Shown one piece after another: positions 39,644 to 54,550 of a stretch of DNA of 64,000 nucleotides; the stretch's first letter is position 1, and each line of letters opens with the position of its first letter. Position numbers and translations under genes: made by a program. The notes beneath the pieces are model-generated. The model had not been told where the DNA came from. It ran no database searches and saw only the letters and a program-made list of their open reading frames with translations. This DNA comes from Lingula anatina (Eukaryota; Animalia; Brachiopoda), in contig CM120642.1 in the NCBI GenBank assembly GCA_051362555.1, positions 7,502,001 to 7,566,000 on the forward strand. Reading direction: 5' to 3'.

Positions 39644-42600
39644 AATAAACACACACACACTATTAACTTTGAATCATAATTGCCAAAACCCTAACCTTGT
39701 TAGCTTCAGTGACCAAAAGTTCATCTGGCAGGTAAATCTTGGTGTTGTGGAAGTTCTGTCAAAGAAAAAATATTCGGATATCATAAAGGCTTAAAAAAAG
39801 AACAAATTGCACAAGTTAAATTGCAATAAAAATTAAATGAAGTATTAATTTAAGTTAACCTATAGGAATATTAGTAAGTACCAGATTAAGAAAGGAATTT
39901 GAAAATTGACTTTAAGACTACAAATTTGGGTCTACTCTAGATAATTCTAAAATAACTAGTCCTGAACAACAGAAATGAAGCAGTAAGTACCACTGACCAT
40001 TTTCCTTTAAAAATGTTATAAAACAGGTAAAATACTCGTTTTAATTGAACTAACAGATTTATCTTGCATCAAAGTGGACTCAATTTTGGGTCTTAAGGTA
40101 AAGCCAATCCTCACGCTAAGTATCACTTGTGAAAATGGCTCAATGATAATAAATAATACCACAGAATCTGATACGGAATGTATCATTTTAAAACTGCAGA
40201 CCTTTGAAATATTATGAACTCCTGTACAGTGATTGTTAACTTTAAAAGGACTGGATATAAAGTGTCTATCTAGAGCAATTCCATCAGAGGATTAGATGAT
40301 AATTAGACAGTGAAATATTGGAGGTAAACTACAATTCAATACTGGTTGGTGATTAAAGGAAAGTAACTTTCTTCTTAAATTTTGTCTCACCTCATCTGCC
40401 TGACTAAACAGCTTCATTGGCAGAACTGGCTTGGCTGGGCCATCTTTGAACACAAAGTTGGTGGACTTGGAAATTAGGAGCCCATGGCCCAAGTCACACA
40501 CTGCATACAATTTCTGTGGGATGAAATAAATTTTGAAAAATCATAATAAAATAAAAATAAATAAATAAATATCATTACTATCATCATCATCATTACCAAT
40601 AAATTTTAATACAAAATAAAAGAAAACAGTAAGCTCTTTTAAAAACAAATTTAGCTCACTTTGAAACACCATGATAATTTGTAAGTCTATCAAACAATTC
40701 ACGATTTTTTCACATGCTTTTGTACACCACCAGAAATTTGAAACTAGAAAAAAATCTAAAGCTATCAGTTTTTTAAAAATATATTATTTAGGGGAATTCT
40801 AAAAAATCACTTACGCAATTCATCTCTTCATTAGTGGGTCCCTGTGCATCCCTTGTCTGCTTGATCATCTCGAAGATTTTCCTGAAGAAGTTATAGCTCT
40901 GGTTCTCCGATTTAATCAGAGGTTCCATAACAAACCACAGACATCTGAAATGGCATGTAACAAGGCTTATTCAGTAGTTTCATGACAGACCACATACATC
41001 TAAATGGTACATAACTATTAGACTTGTTCAATAGCTAATAGCTTACAAACTGACATCCTGTACACTGTGCATGTGTAAACATGCACATGCGCCCAAACAC
41101 AAACAGAAGCAGGATCACTTCTAGCAGAAATTCATAATTTGTACACAAACCAACCCACTCTCTCTCACATGCATGCACACACACATAGGCACACACACAG
41201 ACACACACACACACACACACACACACTCAGAGTACTATTAGTCTACTTACTCCCTGATGTTAATGAGAGCTGGTACATTTTTGTAAGTTGTCAAATCTGG
41301 GTCATGAGCTAGCAGGTGTATGGTATAAGGTAAGACATACTCTGGCAAGAGGGAGAACAGCTTGTCTGAAACAAAAATTAACAAATTTTATTACAGGTAA
41401 AACGGGCTCAATGATAAAAATATACCCACAAGATTTAAATAATTTTATTTCATCTTTCACTTTCCATTACTATTTACTTTCTCATTTTGCAATGACCTTT
41501 CAGATATTAAAGTAAAAATGAAAAACTCCTTTGTAACTTTGCTGTCACTTAGTATTAAGTGCTTTATCTTCAAAAAGTATATTTTTAAAATCTCCCTTTT
41601 TTCAAATAGTGAAGATATGAAGACCCCTAACTCTCAACCAGAAAAAAAATAAATAAAAAGATTTCCCAACTAAGTCAGAGAAGCATCTGTTTATACTCAC
41701 TTGCGGCTGCCGAGTGCTGCTTTATATATTCCCTCCTCTTCTGTATGTTTAGAGAGATGTATTGTTTTACTGCCTGTTTTCTCTCCTTGAATGGGTCATT
41801 GGCTGCCAGGGAGAAGATGCTCATGTAGCGAAGTGGAAGTTTCATGGAAAACAGACCTTTGTGCAATTTCTGGGCGAACCTCGCTCGAACTTCAAAGCAA
41901 CTATCCTGATGGTAAAATATAGGAGAAAAATGTGGAGTTTTGTAACAAAGAGCACACCCTCATGAAACAGTCTTGAAATTTAAATATAGTTATAATAATA
42001 TCAACAACAACAATAACGATAATAAGAGATTATCCACTTTACAGGTTTTAAAGGAAGCAAGACAACAAACTTGTGAGAGCATTATACTTCCATTTCTATG
42101 AAATTATTTAGTTCTTGCACCATAACAGAATCAGGAAAAAATAATGTGACCATTGTGTACAATGATTTTCTTTGGAAAGCATTTGTGGCTTCATGGCCAA
42201 TTAATTTGGCCAATTTTGCTTAGTCTACTGAATTAGAACAACCTAAACGAATACTTACATTTATAAGCAAAGCTAAAGCTTGGAACTGTTCATGAGTGAT
42301 TAGCTCTGCGAAAACATTCTCTTGGGCCAGCTTCAGCATGCAGCATCCTGCCGCTAGACGTAACCGACTGGTCTCTGGTTTGCTACAAAAATCATGTGAA
42401 GTGATCAATTACACCTCAGCATAAAATCTAAGAACAGTCATTTTTCAGAATATAGTGCTGTAATATTTAAGAATTTTAAATCTTTTTAGAGCATATACTG
42501 ATAACTGTAAAGTGACGGGACATATAATTTGCCACACAAGAAATCCTTATCATCAACCTTGGCTCATGTAAGAATACGTCCACCTTGAGTAATCATTTCT

Positions 42601-45600
42601 TCAGTGATTATCTTTCGATGATTTAAACCTTTATAATGGCTACAGAGTTCTATTTGAACTTTTATTGACTCGTTTCTCATTCAGAATCCTGCATTACATG
42701 CTTGACAGTGTGCAATCCTGCTCTGTCATTGTATACACTGTTCAATGTTCAAGGCTACTTACTTGATATTTCCCCTCTCCATGAGATCTCCGTCATGTAT
42801 GATACAGGTGTGTAATAACCTGAGTGTAGACTGGCCCAGGTTGTTCATATTGGTCTTTAACCCAAGCAGCCACCGGCAGATCAGCTTCATGCCATGGATC
42901 TGAAATAACAGTGAATAGAGTTGAAGTCATTTCATCGCGTGTGTGCAGCATGACACAAATAGTTTAGACATATTTTAATTGACTTTGCATTGTCTGAAAA
43001 TGGAAGTGGCAGACTCCTACAAATTCCACCTACTGCTCCACCTAAAACTAATCAAGTGGTAGCTATATTCAGTCACTTCTGTCTCTGCATATAAAAAAGT
43101 ACAAGCCACAAGTCAAGCTATATGTGACTGCAACACAGTGAAAAGAAATTTTTTATCAAAAGTTATCTCTCAACTTGCTTTCCCTAATGGTGTAGACATT
43201 TTTGAATGCGTTTATTACTCCAAAAATTTCAAACATGCCCACCTTAGCTTGTGTTTCCTCTGACACCATATGATCACCATACCAACTTTCTGAGCTTGAC
43301 TTTGGTTTACTCTAAAATAAAAGGTAAAATAAAATAAAATAAACATTAATAACAGTCAAATACATAGACCAAACAAAATAAAACTAACGTACAACAATTA
43401 CACATTTTCAAATCCCACCATGTAGCCTCTATCAAATACTTTGCCCTATGAAGAAAACAATTATGAAGCACATATTACTCTGAGCATCGACTCCGTTTTA
43501 CAGAATTATCATCAAACATCTAAGGCTAATTCAAACTGTATTAGTCACAAAATACACAGCTTAGCATCCCCAGTCTCCTGTCTTACCCTGTCCTGCATCA
43601 GTAAGTCTTTGACAATAAATTTGGATACGATGCTCCTCAGGTCTCCTGCGACGTGCTGCGGGCAGTAGAACGCTATATGACCTATGGCAACTAATGCTGT
43701 CAGGAAGTTCACCGATTCATGATTCAGAGATTTCTTCAGGTGCTGGATAGAAAGTTCGAGTTGAGAATTTTTTACATATAAACCTGTATCTTTGTATCTT
43801 TGTCATTCGCAAGGAGTTGAAAGCAAGCATCTTGTCTTAGAAAACAATTAACACATACTTTTGACTAAAAGAAAATGAGAAATATGTCGCACCCCACCCC
43901 TTAAAAAATCCTTGGCAGATTATGAGTACAACAGTGTGACCCCTTTCTCACCTCCATCATCTGAGCATAAATCACTTCTTTGTTTGAGCATAATACTGCT
44001 ATCCCTTTGACAGCATGCTTGGCCTGCTTTGGGGACCCGATCTTCACCATGCTTGTCAACACAGGCAGCAAGCTCCTGAAATTTATAAAATGTGAAATTG
44101 GGTCTACTTCTGGGAGTCATGTCACTGAACTCCTTTTGTCCCACCAAAAAAAGGCATTTTGTCCTGTAATCTTTTAGGCCAGGCCCGTAGCCAGGGGGGG
44201 GTTCGGGGGGTTCGAAAGAACCGCCCCTTTTGCTGGAAAAAGGTCCACTTTGGGTAAAATTTGATGAAGGTACATGGGAAAAGGTTTATGGGAAAAGGTC
44301 CACTTTTTCAGAAAAAGAACCCCCCTTTTGAAATTGCTGGCTACGGGCCTGTAGGCACCGTGTGCCTTTTCTTCAGTAGGCATGAATTCATCTATATTCT
44401 GATGAAGTATTATTTTCGGACATAAAAAACACTTAAAAATAAAATACTTACGAATATATGTTTGGGAACTTTTCTTGCAATGCATAACCGGTGTTGCAAA
44501 ATATCTGGAGGGTAAGGTCGGCTGAAAATTTAAAAAGAAAATGCTTAAATTTCATGTCAGATATTAAAGTCTTAATTTTTAACACATTCAAATATCCACT
44601 GACAGTTAAAATAAATGTATCACTCTCCTGTGGTTTTGTATTATACTGTAACATAACTGTTTAACACCACAGAAATAAATAAATAAAAAGAGAGGGAAAA
44701 TAAGAATAATAAATATTCAGTTACAGTTGTTTTCCTATAATACATGCTGCTTCCTATAAAACATGCTGCATATTAGTAAGCTAAATAATGGTAAGTATAC
44801 TCACAGACTCCCTCATCCTCATGTTTTAGTAGAGCTATCAAATGTGTAAAAGTGGCTTCTGTCTGGTAAGCTCCAGGGTACACATATGACAGTGTCTGGA
44901 ATAACAAACCATGCTGTTTATGGACTTACAAAAATATGTTGGGATAACAATTTTATCATGACTATCAACTGACTAAAAAAGCAAGCCAAAATTATTTCAG
45001 ATTTAGATACACACATGCAAAAGGCACTGGCAAAAAGGGGATGTATAGTAAAATAATGGTAAAAGGGTCAATTCAAATATGACTTCAACCCAATTTTACA
45101 CTGAGATTCCTTTCAAAAGCCCTAGACAGAAATCAGCATTTGCTATTTCATTTTTCCCAGCATAATTTTTGTGGAATATTTATCTTGAGGCAATGCACTT
45201 CAAAAACACATTGTAAACAACTAAATTATTTTTCACCTGTGCAGTAAAACCACCTGCATTAACCTCAACTCACATATAACAGCTTCATCCCTGCCAGTGA
45301 TGCCGACTTGATTTCATCATTCATCTCGCCCAGCCCCCTGATGGCTTCGTCCACCAGGGTCATGAGGTGGGAGATGGCTTCCTGGTCTATGAGGACAGGC
45401 GCTATTCTCTCCAGCAGCACCTTTACTGTGCCGTAGATACCCTGCTGTGCCGCGGGGACCTGGCCCTGACCTCCAATCTTCTTCAAGATTTCTTTCTGTT
45501 GTAAAAGACGGGGGTTAAGAGAGGCATTTTAATGAAGGCATGTCTATTTCATTCCAGTACATCTTAATAAAAATTCATTTAAAAATTAATAAGTTAAATT

Positions 45601-48600
45601 CTAAAAAATCAATGATAAATTTTTTAAACAGCTACTGTAAATTTGAAAGAGGTACTAGATTATAGAATTTATCATAGTATTATATCTTTCTGAAACTAAA
45701 AAAGACCCGTTTTACAAACAACTTAATAAAAAGAAAAAAAATTAAAGAAAAAAATTTTAAAAATCAGCATCCAACTTTTTGTGACACAGCCTTTAGGCAA
45801 TTATTAAGAATTATCAGGACATAATATCCATGACAGTAAACTGACCACATGTTCCTCTGCCATCTTGCATGGGCAGCCAGGAGAGACCAAGTCCTGTAAG
45901 TGGGTCCTGATCCTCTTGTCATCCCTCAGAATTTGGTTAAATTTTTTTACATGTTCCAGGGCTTTGTTGCTGTCAGGAAGATTTCCTGAAAAATAACATA
46001 GTGTAACTTTTTAAAGAATCCCAGAGAAAATGTTTTTGAAAAATTTCAATTTTTTGTTTATTTCTGTAAAGGTGGCTGGGGTGTATTAATACATGTGATG
46101 TCAAATTACAAAATAAAGTAAAAATTTGCCTAATGAAGGTTATATAATGTGTCCACTGACATATTGCTTAAACATTTTTGTTGAAAATTTTGAACTAATG
46201 TTTCTGGATATGACATTTCTGAATATTAATATTTTTATATCAAGGCCTTACACTCCTTTTGTACTTTTGATATTAATATTCTACTTACTTGATAGAAAAT
46301 AAACCTTGGACATCATGAGGCTGACACTGTCTGCTGTCTGCAGATCTCTACTGTGTAAGTCTAACAAGCCGCGGACATGACACCTCAAACTGTACTGCAT
46401 CTTCAACAGCTCATTTAGTGCTCTGGAAAAGTTGACAAGTGGATTAAATCTGTAATCCCTCTGTAATACAGAAACCTTGGAAATTTCCCCCAACATCTAA
46501 CATACTTTACAATGACTTAAGAAAATGACTTTTTTCTTCCTTTTTTTTTTATTGTTCAATTTCGTCAATGCTGGAGTTAGCCCAGACTTGATAATTTGAA
46601 GTGAAAGTACTGAAAAAAAATTCTGCAAAATTTTTACTGAAAATAATTTTGGATAAACCCCCCAATGAAAAATGCACAAACAGAGGTAAAAATATCAATA
46701 CCATCAATATTTCATAAGTTAACTGGGAGTAAATCCTTAAAGAATTTTGCACTTTTTCTGTTTGGTAATTATCTTTATCTTAACTGCATATAATCTAATG
46801 TCAGCACTAAAAATGACTTCATAATCGTTATCATATCTATATATTGTCCATATCTGGCATTCTTCACTCACTTAATGGCACTTTGGTCTAGAGTTGCATA
46901 CAAGTAATAAAGTCGCTTCATGCGTTCCTTCACATCCAGCATGTATGGCACAAGGCATGTGTTGAAGATTCTCTCCACAACAAGTCTTGGAAAAGAAACA
47001 ATAAAATATATTTAGAGTGACTCCAAATACAGGAGAGTAAAAGCCACGTGCACTGGTAGAAAATACACACTAAAACTACAACTTAACTGTTATCAACTCC
47101 AACTCCTTAATAAGGCTACCATCTCTATTACAATTCATACCTAGCTCATAACTTCCGACAATTACAGAACTGCAGATAAATAAATTATCATGTATTTTGA
47201 AGATGGATTAAATTTAAGTTAACCTGATAGCCCTTGGAAATGTCAGAAAAGTGGAGAATTATATTTCCCAATTATTTAATTCATCAGTGTTACCCCCACT
47301 CTTACCTGTCTTCTATATTGGTCTGGTAGTACCCATTGATCACTCTGTCCTTCATCCAGTCCACCCTCTTACGCAGCTCCTTGTTTTCTTCAGTGTCTTC
47401 AGACTTGGACATTACCTTCTTAAACAGGTGCCCCAGCCCCAACAGTGCCTCACGGCGCACCTTGAACTACAAGTCAAACCAAATGCATTTTATGAAACAG
47501 CTATTCATGGGTGAGAACTTTATAACAAAAGTCATACAGCTCATTTCCTGGGTGTTGCATTCAGCCATAAAAAATCAGAAAAATCCCTACTCGGACTATC
47601 AAGAACCTCCTTCACAGTGAATTGAAAAACCTTTTTACCATTAGAAAACATTAATATTTGGCTTGGTAAAGACGTACAATGCTCTGCATATAACAAAGTA
47701 AAAGTTCTTTAATGAAATTGTTTTCATAAAAATGCCTAATGTTTTTTAACTCAGGCGGTTAGTAACAATTATAAACGCTAAACCTACTTGTGTTGTTCAG
47801 TATTCAATATGTGTTCTGAATATAATCAAAATTACTAGAAAAGATTATTTGAAATTGAATGTTAAGAGAATGATACGATTTTAAAAGAGCAGTATTTAAG
47901 TTTATTTATTTATTGGAGAAAAAGATATTCATTTATTCGAAAGAGGTCTTCAGTCTGATAAAATGAACATGTTTCTCTTACTTTCTTGTCCAGTGTTCTC
48001 TCCTTGACAAAACCCAGCAGTTCATCATTGATACCAGGCAAGTCTTTCTTGGCTGCGGCAATGATGGACTGGACGACATCATAGCGGATATTCTCCTCCT
48101 GGTCATGTTGACGCTGCTTCAAGTTTTCTACAATAAAGTGAGAAAGAATTAAGCACTGTTAACTTCAAAGACATGTATTCTCCAGGTTCTTTTTATTTTG
48201 AAAGGCAGTAAAGAAGTGGATATATACATTCTTCATGCTGTCACCTATTCAATTCCCAACATTAAGTTAATAAAGATTTGAACATCACGTTATTGACCAT
48301 GAAAATGGCAGTAAGGTTACATGACCTGTCAGACCTGAAGATCACATTACCTGACATGAAACAGGTGGACCTGAAGGTCACATTACATGCCATAAAATAT
48401 GTGGGAAGGTTAAATTACCTGTCATGTCTCCCCTCAGAGCTGGGTGGTTAATCAAGAACTGCTGGCTGTACTGCACACATATGGTCCTCACTGACGCACT
48501 GATATCATTAAATCTAAATGTGGAAAAAAAAACAAAATACTTGACAAATCTAAATGTGGATAAAACAAAATACTTGAAATATTTAAAACTGCCTAAAAAA

Positions 48601-51600
48601 CTATAATCATTTTGATCATATGTAAATGTGATTTATTTAGATAAACTGGTAGTCATCCTGAATTAAAAACATTCATGATATGGAGATATAACCTGTTGTG
48701 AGAGACTGTAATAGGGAAATATACCTGAACAGTTATTAAGCCAAACATATTTGCTTCAATATATAAAATAATGAAAAACACATTTCAAAATATTTCTTAG
48801 CAACATTCAATAAATAGACAAGAAATTTGTCATATAATTGTATACTTTTGCATATTATGTACATATTATTTTGCTCAGCATAGATGTGACTACATAAGGT
48901 GTCACAGCAACCTTGCACATGGACAAGAAGTTTGCAAAGGGGCAAGAAACTTGGGCCATTTGTAAGCTACAAATTGCTTTATTTAGTGCACAGACATGAC
49001 AGGCTACATATAATGCAATAAAATTTTACAGATGAATAAGAATTTACAAAAACCATATCTATACAATGTTTTATCATGATTAGACACTAAACAAGGGAAT
49101 GAATGACACAAAAGAGAGATCGTACCTCCCTAGAAAGCACAGCCACAGTGGCTTGTTTTGAACAGCAAGGTCCGAGTCTGTGTCTGAAAACATACGTGCC
49201 AACAACTTGGTGACTGCCTTTCTTTCACCCTCATCATTACTCTGAAAGATAGAAAATAATTACAACATAAACAGTCTGTGTCACCATTGCAAAGGTTACT
49301 TGAACTAGTGGGCCTGATAAAGTGTTTGGCCCATATCAAAATTAGTGGCAAGATGAAATCTACAGATTATGGAAAATAATCAAAACCACCTTACAATTAA
49401 TAAATAAGACTAGTTACTTTGAAATTTTTCATTTTACTTAAACTAGGCAGAGTTTCAAAAAAGAAATATTGCACAAAAATTAGTTAGATCTTTCAGATAA
49501 AAAAATCTGGCCTTCTTCAAGTCCACATAAATGAAGTAATGGTCTGAAACACTAACCGCAGATTTCTTGTTATAAAAGTGTTACACAGTCTGATCAATTG
49601 CAAGCCCAATGTTATCCACGTGGTATTTAAAATGGTTAAAGATTTCAATTTTTTTCTCATTTTTCTACTAAGCCAGTGGTTTTTGTTCTTTCTTTTTATT
49701 TTTCCATAATCACCCTGCCAATCCTACCTTAAGTTTGAACTCCAACTGTGGTAACACTGCTAAAAGAATACTGGGGGATATCATGTTGAGTTCATAGATC
49801 AGCTTAAAGATGTGATCTGATACTTCACTCTCCGAGGTCTTGCCCAGCATTAAAGCATTGTTGAAAAACTGAAATGTGGTGCAAGCACAGTTGCTGAGTA
49901 TTAATTTTTAAGTTCACACATAGCATGAAGAACTTTCTAGTACCAAATGCAAAAGTGATTATGTACACCAGGTGTAAATATTTTTTAAAATTGCTAAGTC
50001 ATTGCTTACAAACATACAGGTGTGTTTGCAAAAAACAAAAAAGGGATAACCCAACAAACAGCACTTTTTTTTTCAAAAATAATGTTAACATTGTAATATG
50101 CAACTGTTAAAATAAAAAGACTTCTATAACTTACAGTTTGAATGTAGGGTTCAATGGCATTTGATGTGCGTTTGATCAAGTCTTTAGCTAAGTCATATGC
50201 TTGGCGGTTCTGACTCTGGAAAGTTATACAAACAATGACATAAAAACTCAGTAAGGAAGTTGTTATTTACACAGCAGTAACTATCAAAATAAGAACAAAA
50301 TGTAATTTACTATTTTTAGTCCAGCTACATTTAGGTTTCCATTGCTTATTTCGTACCACATGAGCAATTTTCTGCCTAAAATCACATGACACTAAATATG
50401 GGACCATGGTGTAATGTTAATAATTTGTACAGTAAACAAGAACAAAACTGCAGCAAAACTTGGGATCAATGGTTGTCTGCTAAACAATAATAAGATCTTC
50501 TGTGCAAACCTGATGTTCAAGATGAGCTGTGACTTTACTGAATGAAGCTTTAGTGCTTTACTTATTTTGCTGGTACATGGCATATTGTGCTTCTTTTGAA
50601 CATAATATAATATAATATACCAAAAGGAGCATATTTATATAAAATTATTCTAACTTCCAAGATATCAATAATGATACATGATAATAGTCTTTTACAACAA
50701 GTTGATAAGGGCAAAGCTATTTCAAGAGATAAACTGTAAAAAGCAAAAACATAGTCCTACTACATTCTCAGCCGGAACCCAAAAGCTTTAAAAAATCAAA
50801 TAACTTTAATTTACCTTCCAAGGCTCAATGATGTTAACTAAAATGATGTCCAGAAGTTTTTGGGACACACTGTCCGCCTCGGCTATGAGTGGACACATCA
50901 TGTCCAACATAAAGTTTTTCACTTTGGCCGTGTGCTTGTCACTAAAATAGTAATGAAAAATATACAGACAATCAGTACTTGCTGATGACTGTGATAAAAT
51001 AATTGAATTTTTTTCACAAAACCGGACTGAAATTCTTAAGCTTTTTGATTCAAACAAAATTATTTATAGTCAGTCCAATGATTTATTTTGAATATTTTTC
51101 ATAAATAAACACACTTATATCCTGAATATGGTCAACAACTTTCCCTTACTTGATTATGTCAAACATCAGTTTGAAGAGACTGCAGAAAATTTCCTGGTTG
51201 TCCTCCAGTTCAATGCAGATATTGAATGACTTAACCCAGGCAAGGTTCTGAAAAGACGTCATTTCATAAGGTTTGAAACAAAAAAATTTAGAATGAAAAA
51301 ATGAAGAATTCCATAATTTGATTTAACCATAAGGAAAGATTAAGGACCCTATTAATGTTTGATTATATACATTTGATTAGTACAGAACAGCACACAGGAT
51401 ATCACAATCAAATGATCAAAAGTCTGACATATGACACACATTTCTTTTCTTCTAGGCGCTCTCACCCAAGTTAATGATAAATGCTAAAGCAGGAGAGTGA
51501 ACCTTACATAAGTGTCAGAATTCCCTCCTATAAACAAATACCACAAAAAGGCCTTAGAACTCTGCAACATATCACTTTTAATTATTTGGCAGAGAAATGA

Positions 51601-52502
51601 ATGAAAAGCCTTTAATTCATACCTCTAGCAGGTAAAAATATCTCTTGAACTGTGGTGCTTCTGGGTCATCCAGTCCCCTTAGCTGCTTGATCAGGAACAA
51701 GAAAATTTCCTGGAAGACAAAAGTTTCTTAAGATCATTGAGGGGTGGGGTGGGGGTATAAATGCAACACCCAAAATATCTAGATAAATCAGAAAGTCTTT
51801 TTATCTCTACACGATTTATCTCAAATATATATCTGAATAATCCTAAACAAACAAATCAATTCTTTCAACCTTTAACTGATCCTGATTGGTGTACGGTGCC
51901 TCTGGAGCAAAAATTCTGAACACGTCCGCAATGCAGCAGGCCACAAGCAGGCGCACATCCTTGCTGCTGTGATCTATGAAGAACTCCGAGGCAAGGTGGA
52001 GGGCCAATTCCGTGTACTTCTCATTATCATCCTGTCCCATGTCCTGAAAGGCCCTAGCCAATGCCTGGAATTACAACAAAGCCATAAGAAATGGTAGGAA
52101 CTCTGCCTTAGTATCATTTAAAGAAAATGTCATATGAAGTGACCAAAGAGTTAACAAGGACAAAAAGATCAACACAAAACAACCCAATGACTGTAATCAG
52201 AAATGAGAACACAATGTTTACATGAAAAAAATATATATGTATATTTCTCCACTAAAATGTTTTCAAAATTTCACATACATCCTTATATTTTCAAAATTTA
52301 TTATTCAACAAGGAGAAAAAATTAACAATAACTTCCATCCATGCCATGTTACAATCAGCCCAAAAATGAATCATACAGACTCCAAATGACCACAACTGAC
52401 CTTCAGTCTCTTGACCAGTTCTTCCTTGTTCATGTCTCCAGAGACTTCCTTGCACCCTGCAGGGTACACCAGCTTGGCTCCCTTGGATGCAGCTTTAGGC
52501 AT
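35847..52502 (-). CDS. PDS5: Sister chromatid cohesion protein PDS5 homolog (about 30 coding exons)
   Basis: First coding exon 52502-52401 [34 protein letters not shown]. Next exon from 52064 [37 protein letters not shown]. Internal exons include [74 protein letters not shown] and [21 protein letters not shown]-rich C-terminal exons lie at 39.1-36.2 kb; the last exon from 35885 reads [16 protein letters not shown] non-coding first exon ends at a donor near 53673. Confidence 0.96.
36111..36158. repeat. (TA)n microsatellite
   Basis: Long TA run in the last PDS5 intron. Confidence 0.95.
39594..39660. repeat. (CA)n microsatellite
   Basis: CA runs in a PDS5 intron; similar tracts at 41170-41226, 59423-59440 and 63027-63066. 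Confidence 0.95.
44180..44351. mobile_element. 172-bp MITE in PDS5 intron
   Basis: Perfect 15-bp TIR CAGGCCCGTAGCCAG / CTGGCTACGGGCCTG with 5-bp direct repeat TAGGC on both sides. A decayed relative lies at ~62992-63196. Confidence 0.85.
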
Positions 52503-53439
52503 CTTGGGGGCCACAGTCAACACCCTGAGAATCAAGAGGCAGATAAAAACTTCAAATATGAAAATATACCATTTGTTGTTGATATGATCTTAATATCATC
52601 TACTGATTCAAATCAACATTTAAATTACTATCTGGAAGTGCACTCTAACATAAAAAGACGAAATTAAAGCAAAGATGTATGTCAAACTGAACTGCAGCAT
52701 TAAAAACACACAATCAACTTATCAAGTATGAACAGATCTACATATTTCAAGCAAACTGAAAAGATAATTTTGAATGTGATCAAGCTGATTTCTTTTTTCC
52801 AATCAAAGCCACATACTTATTAACCTCAAACTTCTAAAACATTTTCTTTTGGTCAAATAACTGGGTTGTGCCAACCAAATCCAAATCTGAATTATGTACA
52901 TCAATGATAAACTTGTTGAAGCAAAGAAAAGTCCTTGCATTTTCCTGAGTCACAGTGCATTCTAAAGTAAGTATCAAGTGTGTGCTTAGCCTATATTTTC
53001 TCAATTTAAAATACCTGTATCAAATACACGTACTGGGAAACTAAAAACATGTCTGTAACACCAAGTTATCAGCTCTTGCAAATGGAACACAATCAACTTG
53101 GACAGAATAATGCTGTCTCACCTTTATTTCAAGGCATTTCTGAGTGTTTGAAATCTTGCTACAAATTTATAATAATGTGACCAAGCTATTTTTAATAAAA
53201 AGACTGCAGTTTGACTTCATAATCAATCAATGCCACCTATTTCAACAAAGCCCTTCAATGACAATATCATTCAATCGATCCACTATTTGACAGCAAGCAC
53301 TAACTTCCTGGCAATATGAATACGACCAAATCAAATATTATAGCTCCTCAAAGTGATTCTACCATGATCATCCCTGTAATTCCAATGAGACCAAAATGAA
53401 AAATTTGATATGCAAAGCCAGCCTGCAGTACTTTATTTG

Positions 53440-54550
53440 TGAAGTCAGGCGCCCAAAACGGTGCTTTGCTCCGAAATATTACACTCAACATAAGAATAGT
53501 CTCACATGGTTAACATACACTACCTATCAAACCAACAGACACAAATGAGGAGCAATCGGTGTAAAAACCACAGCAATTTTGTTTGTTGGGTCTGCCGCAA
53601 TCACCATGCAAAATGGGAAGTTTCATTTCACGGCCATCTTGGATGTCTCACATGCAGCCGACTACCGCTTACCTTGAAACACTTGTATCAAGTGAAGTAC
53701 AGTGTATTGCGCACTTTTACTCCCCTGAGCTCTAGCAGGTCGGTTGATTATGTTAACAGAATAATGCGATTATTTTTTAAAGGTACCTATGTTGAAAGAT
53801 CTTCAGTAATTAATGTCAATAAAACAATCTTTGAATCAAAATGGCGCCAAACCTATTGGGCTCCAAGTGATTGACGTTTGCAAACTTGCACGCTATTGGT
53901 CAAATATCTAGAAAGATATTCTTAAAATAATTGCCATTCTCGACTGAATTTTAATTTAGGTAAATGCGTTTCTTTATAATACATATCTTTTTCAGTGTCG
54001 TACATGATATGTTTATATAAGGTGCTATTTAAAGAATCTATTTCATAAAAAGTAGATGGGTTTACTGAATGATTGACCAATCAAGTTGAAGCTACTTTTA
54101 CCATTTGGAAATTTAAAGTATGTCTGCACATGCGTGGATGTACTCAAGTGCACAAACCCCGGTACCACAGGCAATGAAGGGGCAGTCGAAGGGGTGGTCT
54201 TATTGCGTGTCGGCTTCTTTCTATTTAAACTCTTTTAAAAAATCATAAGAGTGCTCCTTAACACTTCAATTTTCTTCTATCAGTTACACTAGAGGAAAAG
54301 TAATTTTCCATTTTTTCGAATGAGAACAGAACATTTGTATTGTTTTTATGTATTTACATGTGTGAATCTACCCCACTACTTGAACCCCAGGGGCCACCAT
54401 TCTTACTATGATCTGTTGATAACGCAACATTGATTACTACTAGGGCCGACTGTCCTACAAATCGAGCCTTTTCGTAACCCGCATGTGACAAGTATAGCTA
54501 CTGTACAGTAACAGGATATTTATTGCAGGTCCAGAAAAAAATAGAAAAAT
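53440..54550. promoter_or_regulatory. Bidirectional promoter region PDS5 / N4BP2-like
   Basis: CpG-enriched; YY1-like AAAATGGCG at 53838-53846 and several ATTGG/CCAAT boxes. PDS5 non-coding exon donor at ~53673 (-) and an acceptor ttgcag at 54528 (+) before the N4BP2 ATG. Confidence 0.65.
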
